This document shows, piece after piece, positions 59,424 to 64,000 of a stretch of DNA of 64,000 nt. The stretch's first letter is position 1. Each line of letters begins with the position of its first letter. This DNA comes from Spirochaetia bacterium (GTDB lineage Bacteria > Spirochaetota > Spirochaetia > UBA9216), in NCBI GenBank assembly GCA_965140585.1, contig OZ223267.1, positions 416,001 through 480,000 on the forward strand, given 5' to 3'. The position numbers and the translations under genes are program-made. The notes below the pieces were generated by a model, which worked only from the letters and a program-made list of their open reading frames with translations, searched no databases and had not been told where the DNA came from.

Positions 59424-60644
59424 ATGTGTAAAGTCACAAATATATATAAAATACTTTTTCTCGCTGCTTTTTTTATATTTGGAACTCTTGTGTATGCAGA
59501 TACTATTAGTTCTGAAGGTTATATATTCAGTTTCAGCAGTGCCAGTCGCCTGAAGATAACCGAACGTTCCAATATAAGAGTCACAGTTAACGGACAGTAT
59601 CAGGGATTGACTTATAATGAATCAAGATGTGTTCTTGATTATATGTGGCATAAAGAAGGCAAGTCTCAGTATGCCGGCAATTTCCTTGTATATCAGAATT
59701 CCATCCAGGATACAAGAACTATCTCAAATCTTATAGACCGGGATGAATATTGTGAGATCCAGATTGATTCTGCCGGGCATTATTCTGTCGCTTATGATCA
59801 GACAGTCCCGGTTCTTCGAAGTTTTCCGGTTTTCAGCATAAATCCTGTCACCCCCGGTGATAAGTGGAGAGATTTCGCCGAGAGAATTGTAGATCCATTG
59901 AATAACGGCAAGCTTACAGCAGTAATATTTTATTGTGAATACAGCTATGCAGGTATACAGAATACTTCACTTGGTGAAAAGCATATCATAAATGCGCAGT
60001 ATGCCATGCGCTATAAAAAAGGTGATTCCAATCTTTCTGATGAGAATCTTAAGCAGATCTCAGGAAGGCATCTGGTAACAATAATGATTGATACCAGAGA
60101 CAGTTCTTCAATATTTATTCGTGATATGCTGGATGAACAGTATCAGTATACAGATGGAACCAGACTTGAGCATTCTGGCTTTATTCTTACCTGGTACAAT
60201 GATGTTGTAGGTATGGATAGAGAAGAAGTTGTTAGAAACGTTTCGGAGCTCATTGCAGAACATGATTTAAAGGATGTAGAAGTTACTGAAAAACAGGAAG
60301 GAATATCAATAAGTCTTCAGGATATTCATTTTGTACCCGATTCACCAGAGATCCTGCCGGAAGAAATAAACAGAATAAACAGGATAGCAGAAATTCTGCA
60401 TGATATCGATCCGTCGAAGATTATGGTTGTCGGTCACACAGCTGACGTGGGTACAAAAGCAAGCCAATATGAGCTTTCAGAGAAGAGAGCTGAAACTGTA
60501 ATTAATCTTCTTGTTGTAAATGGGTTTCCCCCAGCATTATTTGTATACAAGGGAGCTGGCGGTGATGAACCTGTCGCCGATAACGGAACTGAAGAAGGCC
60601 GGGCAAAAAACAGAAGGGTTGAGTTTATAATTCTTGAAGATTAA
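59424..60644 (+). CDS. OmpA-family peptidoglycan-binding protein
   Basis: Signal peptide; C-terminal IHF.PDS, GHTAD, LSEKRA and NRRVEF. Confidence 0.9.
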   Translation: MCKVTNIYKILFLAAFFIFGTLVYADTISSEGYIFSFSSASRLKITERSNIRVTVNGQYQGLTYNESRCVLDYMWHKEGKSQYAGNFLVYQNSIQDTRTISNLIDRDEYCEIQIDSAGHYSVAYDQTVPVLRSFPVFSINPVTPGDKWRDFAERIVDPLNNGKLTAVIFYCEYSYAGIQNTSLGEKHIINAQYAMRYKKGDSNLSDENLKQISGRHLVTIMIDTRDSSSIFIRDMLDEQYQYTDGTRLEHSGFILTWYNDVVGMDREEVVRNVSELIAEHDLKDVEVTEKQEGISISLQDIHFVPDSPEILPEEINRINRIAEILHDIDPSKIMVVGHTADVGTKASQYELSEKRAETVINLLVVNGFPPALFVYKGAGGDEPVADNGTEEGRAKNRRVEFIILED

Positions 60645-61449
60645 ACAGTTTTAAAAAATTCTTTCTTACAGAGAAAACCAGTTCTTCCAGCGGTATCTGA
60701 CGAAGCTCAGCTATATAATCATACGTATAACCGATAAAACCAGGGTGATTGGGTTTTGATCTTACTTTCTGCGGTGATAAAAATGGTGCATCGGTTTCTA
60801 AGAGAAGTTTTTCCAGGGGAACTGACCTTGCTGCATTCTGGATAATATCAGCATTTTTATAAGTAGCATTACCGGCAAAGGAAATATGGTAACCAAGCTC
60901 ACAAAATTTAAGGGCAGTTTCGGCGCTGTAGGAATAACAGTGAATAATTCCCTTTCTTTCCGGACTGTATGAGGCAAGCACAGAAAGGGTATCCTCTTCC
61001 GCATCCCTTGAATGAATTACTACAGGCAGTGAAAGCTCATCAGCCAGTTTCAGCTGTTTTTCAAGAAGTGATATTTGAAGTTCCCTTGTTCCCTGCATTC
61101 TGAAATAATCAAGTCCGATTTCACCCAGGGCTACAGCTTTTTTATCCTGAAGCAGTATTTCTTTAAGATATTCTATATCTGAGTCTATTTTGGAATTCTC
61201 ACACTCCGAAGGATAATAGCCGTGAGCAGTGAAAAGCTGTGGAATTTTACCAGCTGTTTCGGCCCTTAATGCAAAGTTTGCACGATTTATTCCGATATCC
61301 AGTGCATAGGCAAGACCATTGCTGAAGCAGTAGTTAATGATTTCAGTCTCCTGCATGCCCCGGTTCTTCATATGGAAAAGATGAAAATGAGAGTCTATGC
61401 AGCCTTTGGATATATTATATTTTGAAGTGTCAACTGAGTATTGATTCAA
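60625..61449 (-). CDS. tatD: TatD family hydrolase
   Basis: DSHFH, GEIGLDY, HSRDA, HCYS and ETDAPFL. Confidence 0.93.
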   Translation of the reverse strand: MNQYSVDTSKYNISKGCIDSHFHLFHMKNRGMQETEIINYCFSNGLAYALDIGINRANFALRAETAGKIPQLFTAHGYYPSECENSKIDSDIEYLKEILLQDKKAVALGEIGLDYFRMQGTRELQISLLEKQLKLADELSLPVVIHSRDAEEDTLSVLASYSPERKGIIHCYSYSAETALKFCELGYHISFAGNATYKNADIIQNAARSVPLEKLLLETDAPFLSPQKVRSKPNHPGFIGYTYDYIAELRQIPLEELVFSVRKNFLKLFNLQEL

Positions 61450-63361
61450 GGTTTTCCTCTTTCAGGAAGTCGGTAAACGTTCTGGCTATTTCAGGGTCAT
61501 ATTGTCTTCCGCTGTATTTTCTAATTTCATCAATAGCTTCATCAAAGCTTTTACCTTTTTTATACGGTGTATCATGGGTCATCGAATCGAAACTGTCAAG
61601 AATTGAAAATATTCTCGATTCAATCGGAATATTTTTCTCTTTAAGACCGGACGGATATCCGCTTCCATCCCAGCATTCATGATGGTAAAGTATCAGTTCT
61701 GCTATTGATGAAAACTCCGGAATAGCTTTTACAATTCTGTAGCCGATAATACTATGTTGTTTAATAGTGTTATACTCTTCATCAGTTAGCATACCGTCTT
61801 TGGTAAGAATTTTTGACGGTATTCTGATTTTTCCAATATCATGAAGCTTAGCAAGATTATTCAGTTTCTCAGCAGTCGTTGCCGAAAGATTTAATTTTTT
61901 AGAGAAAAGTTTATTAATAGTAATTAGGTTTGAAATGTGTCTGTGGGTTTCATATCCGCGGGTTTGAGCCGTCTCAATAATATCAGCAAAAAGCTGTTCA
62001 AGATGATTTCCCCGGTTTTGAAGTTTCATTTTGTACATCAGCTCATCGGCCTTATGTACGGCATCAATGAGAGACTCTTCCTGTGATGTTTTGGCAGCAC
62101 AACCGATGGATACACTGGGCCTGGAAAAAATATCGTCATATACACTTTCGTTACAGGCTGTTATTATATTTGATGCAAGTTTTTCAGCTCTGGAAAGGGT
62201 GCTTCCGGGAAGAAGTATCGCAAACTCATCACCTCCGGTTCTTGCTATTACATCGCTTTTCCGGCAGTTAGCTGATAGTATTTCGGAAACCTTTTTAAGA
62301 AGCTGATCGCCGAACGCGTGTCCGAAAGCGTCATTGGTCAGTTTAAGGCTGTTTACATCAACAATCAGGACACTGGTGGGAATTGCGTTTCGGTTGAGTT
62401 CGAGCCTTTTAAGTTCCTCGTCGAAATAAGCCCGGTTATAGAGTCCGGTCAGTACATCATGAAAACTTTTAAAATAGTAATCATTTTCCTTACTTTTTCT
62501 TGAACTTATATCCCTGATAATACAAGCATTCTCGTGAATACCTGATTTAACAACCTTGCATTCGAAATATTTATTTTCGCCTGTTGATGCATGATTGTAT
62601 TCGAAAGTTCGGACTGAGCCTTCATTATGAAGTGTTCCTGTATTTTTGATTATAGTGCTGGCAAGATGTTCAGGCATTATTTCAGTAAGATGCCTACCTT
62701 CCACAGCGTTTTCGCTCTGAAAGAGTTCGAATTCTGTTGATTCATGGTAATCTATAAAAAGGCCATTATCATTGAAAACTACAAGCAGATCAGGAATGGC
62801 GTTTAGAAGCGCTTTTGAGCGTTTCTGGCTTCTTTCCAGCGCATTTTCCATCTCTTTTCTCATTGAGATGTCAAGCATTACTTCGATGACACCTTTAATT
62901 TTACCGTTTTCATCAAGAACGGGCTGAGAGGAGATCAGAAATGTTTCGCCTTTACTATTGGAAATCTCTTCTTTCCAGGGCCAGCCTGTTTTAATTGTCC
63001 CTGTTACCGGACAACCTTCACATGGTTTATCGGTATTATGATATACCTGATAGCAGGGATTGCCTATGATGTTTTCGATTTTTTTATTATCTGGAATTGC
63101 TTTCAGTCCGGCTTTATTAATCCATTTAATGTTATAGTCCAGATCAATATAGCAGACCCTTTCAACCAGACTGTTTAGAATCTGTTCCTTTTCACGTTCA
63201 GATTCCTTCAATGATTCTTTAATGACATCATCAAGAAAGTTTTTTCTGCTGCCTTCAGCAATGTTTTCAAATTCAAGATTGCCGGCTTTAATTTTTTCTT
63301 TAAGCTCCGCGATTTCATTTTCAAGCAGTTCAATCTTTTTCTGTTGAGGATCCTTACTCAT
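61430..63361 (-). CDS. PAS-PAS-GGDEF-HD-GYP c-di-GMP enzyme
   Basis: DVLTGLYNR, RTGGDEF, LHDIGK and HHECWDGSGYP. Confidence 0.92.
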   Translation of the reverse strand: MSKDPQQKKIELLENEIAELKEKIKAGNLEFENIAEGSRKNFLDDVIKESLKESEREKEQILNSLVERVCYIDLDYNIKWINKAGLKAIPDNKKIENIIGNPCYQVYHNTDKPCEGCPVTGTIKTGWPWKEEISNSKGETFLISSQPVLDENGKIKGVIEVMLDISMRKEMENALERSQKRSKALLNAIPDLLVVFNDNGLFIDYHESTEFELFQSENAVEGRHLTEIMPEHLASTIIKNTGTLHNEGSVRTFEYNHASTGENKYFECKVVKSGIHENACIIRDISSRKSKENDYYFKSFHDVLTGLYNRAYFDEELKRLELNRNAIPTSVLIVDVNSLKLTNDAFGHAFGDQLLKKVSEILSANCRKSDVIARTGGDEFAILLPGSTLSRAEKLASNIITACNESVYDDIFSRPSVSIGCAAKTSQEESLIDAVHKADELMYKMKLQNRGNHLEQLFADIIETAQTRGYETHRHISNLITINKLFSKKLNLSATTAEKLNNLAKLHDIGKIRIPSKILTKDGMLTDEEYNTIKQHSIIGYRIVKAIPEFSSIAELILYHHECWDGSGYPSGLKEKNIPIESRIFSILDSFDSMTHDTPYKKGKSFDEAIDEIRKYSGRQYDPEIARTFTDFLKEENLESILS

Positions 63362-63472
63362 TGAATATAATTTAATATATAACCCAAAAAAATTCTATAA
63401 TAAGATACATTCTGTTAAATTTATTGACAAATGAGCTTTTGCGCTTCACACTTTTATACAGGAGGATGATTT

Positions 63473-64000
63473 ATGGAAAGAATTGTAAAATGCGGACATA
63501 TTCAGGCCTCAAATGCTCTTGATACAGGCAGTGTCGCCGAAATCAAGGAAGCTATGATTGCTAAACACATTCCATTAATTGAACAGGCCGGTAAGCAGGG
63601 GGTGCAGATTCTCTGTCTGCAGGAGATTTTCTGGGGACCATATTTCTGTGCTGAGCAGGATATCAAGTGGTATGCTACTGCAGAGACTGTTCCCGGACCT
63701 ACTACTGAGAGACTTGCGGAGTATGCTAAAAAATATAAAATGGTCCTGATTCTACCGGTATATGAAAAGACTCTTGAAGGAGTTTATTATAATACAGCGG
63801 CTGTCATTGATGCAGATGGAAAGTTTCTGGGTAAATTCCAGAAGATTCATATTCCGCATACATGGCCCGGATTCTGGGAGAAATTTTATTTTAAACCGGG
63901 AAATGCAGGTTTTCCTGTTTTTGAGACAGCTTATGCTAAGATTGGAATCTTTATCTGTTATGACAGGCATTTCCCTGAATGTGCCAGAATTCTTGCACTG
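63473..64000 (+). CDS. Nitrilase-superfamily amidohydrolase, beta-ureidopropionase-like (3' truncated; absent from the ORF track)
   Basis: Manual translation from ATG 63473 (GGAGG RBS) gives LCLQEIF, YNTAAVIDADG, KIHIP, FWEKFYF.PG and ICYDRHFPE, containing the E-K-C triad. Confidence 0.9.
   Translation, partial: MERIVKCGHIQASNALDTGSVAEIKEAMIAKHIPLIEQAGKQGVQILCLQEIFWGPYFCAEQDIKWYATAETVPGPTTERLAEYAKKYKMVLILPVYEKTLEGVYYNTAAVIDADGKFLGKFQKIHIPHTWPGFWEKFYFKPGNAGFPVFETAYAKIGIFICYDRHFPECARILAL

Noticed and set aside
63752-63970. 72-aa minus-strand ORF
   Set aside because: It is antisense to the nitrilase-family gene that runs off the window end.

Overview
64 kb of bacterial chromosome, almost certainly a spirochaete: two FlaA sheath genes, cheX, a rod-binding-only flgJ and a Borrelia-like flhO-flgG-flgJ-rpoS-deacetylase-tsaD order. 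Left to right: (1) plsC fragment, an orphan kinase and a VOC enzyme. (2) A ~15 kb minus-strand cluster with a candidate Pho box. It encodes a beta-helix-type lipoprotein, a TtpB/TtpC-type TonB motor, a TPR protein, a frameshifted TonB-dependent receptor, pstSCA (PstA carries two PstS-like lobes; no pstB) and two lipases. (3) A Ser/Thr kinase, metallophosphoesterase, membrane-FHA and vWA-FHA operon. It is headed by a small protein of unrecognised family whose paralog is transcribed divergently and fused to an HU/IHF domain; this is the best candidate for an undescribed system. (4) MFS-HEAT, MarR with a heterodimeric ABC exporter, and a flavoprotein. (5) A sensor-fused CheA-like kinase with cheX and cheY but no MCP or CheW, then a PP2C/RsbW fusion, a PilZ-less cellulose-synthase-like GT2 and a STAS protein. 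(6) An integrase remnant at tRNA-Thr(CGT). (7) A xylose cassette between two USP paralogs, followed by flagellar and housekeeping genes, a sigma54-driven RpoS-like sigma factor, and a GGDEF/HD-GYP protein. Three otherwise intact genes have single-base lesions, which may be assembly errors. All calls come from motif reading by eye; no searches were run.
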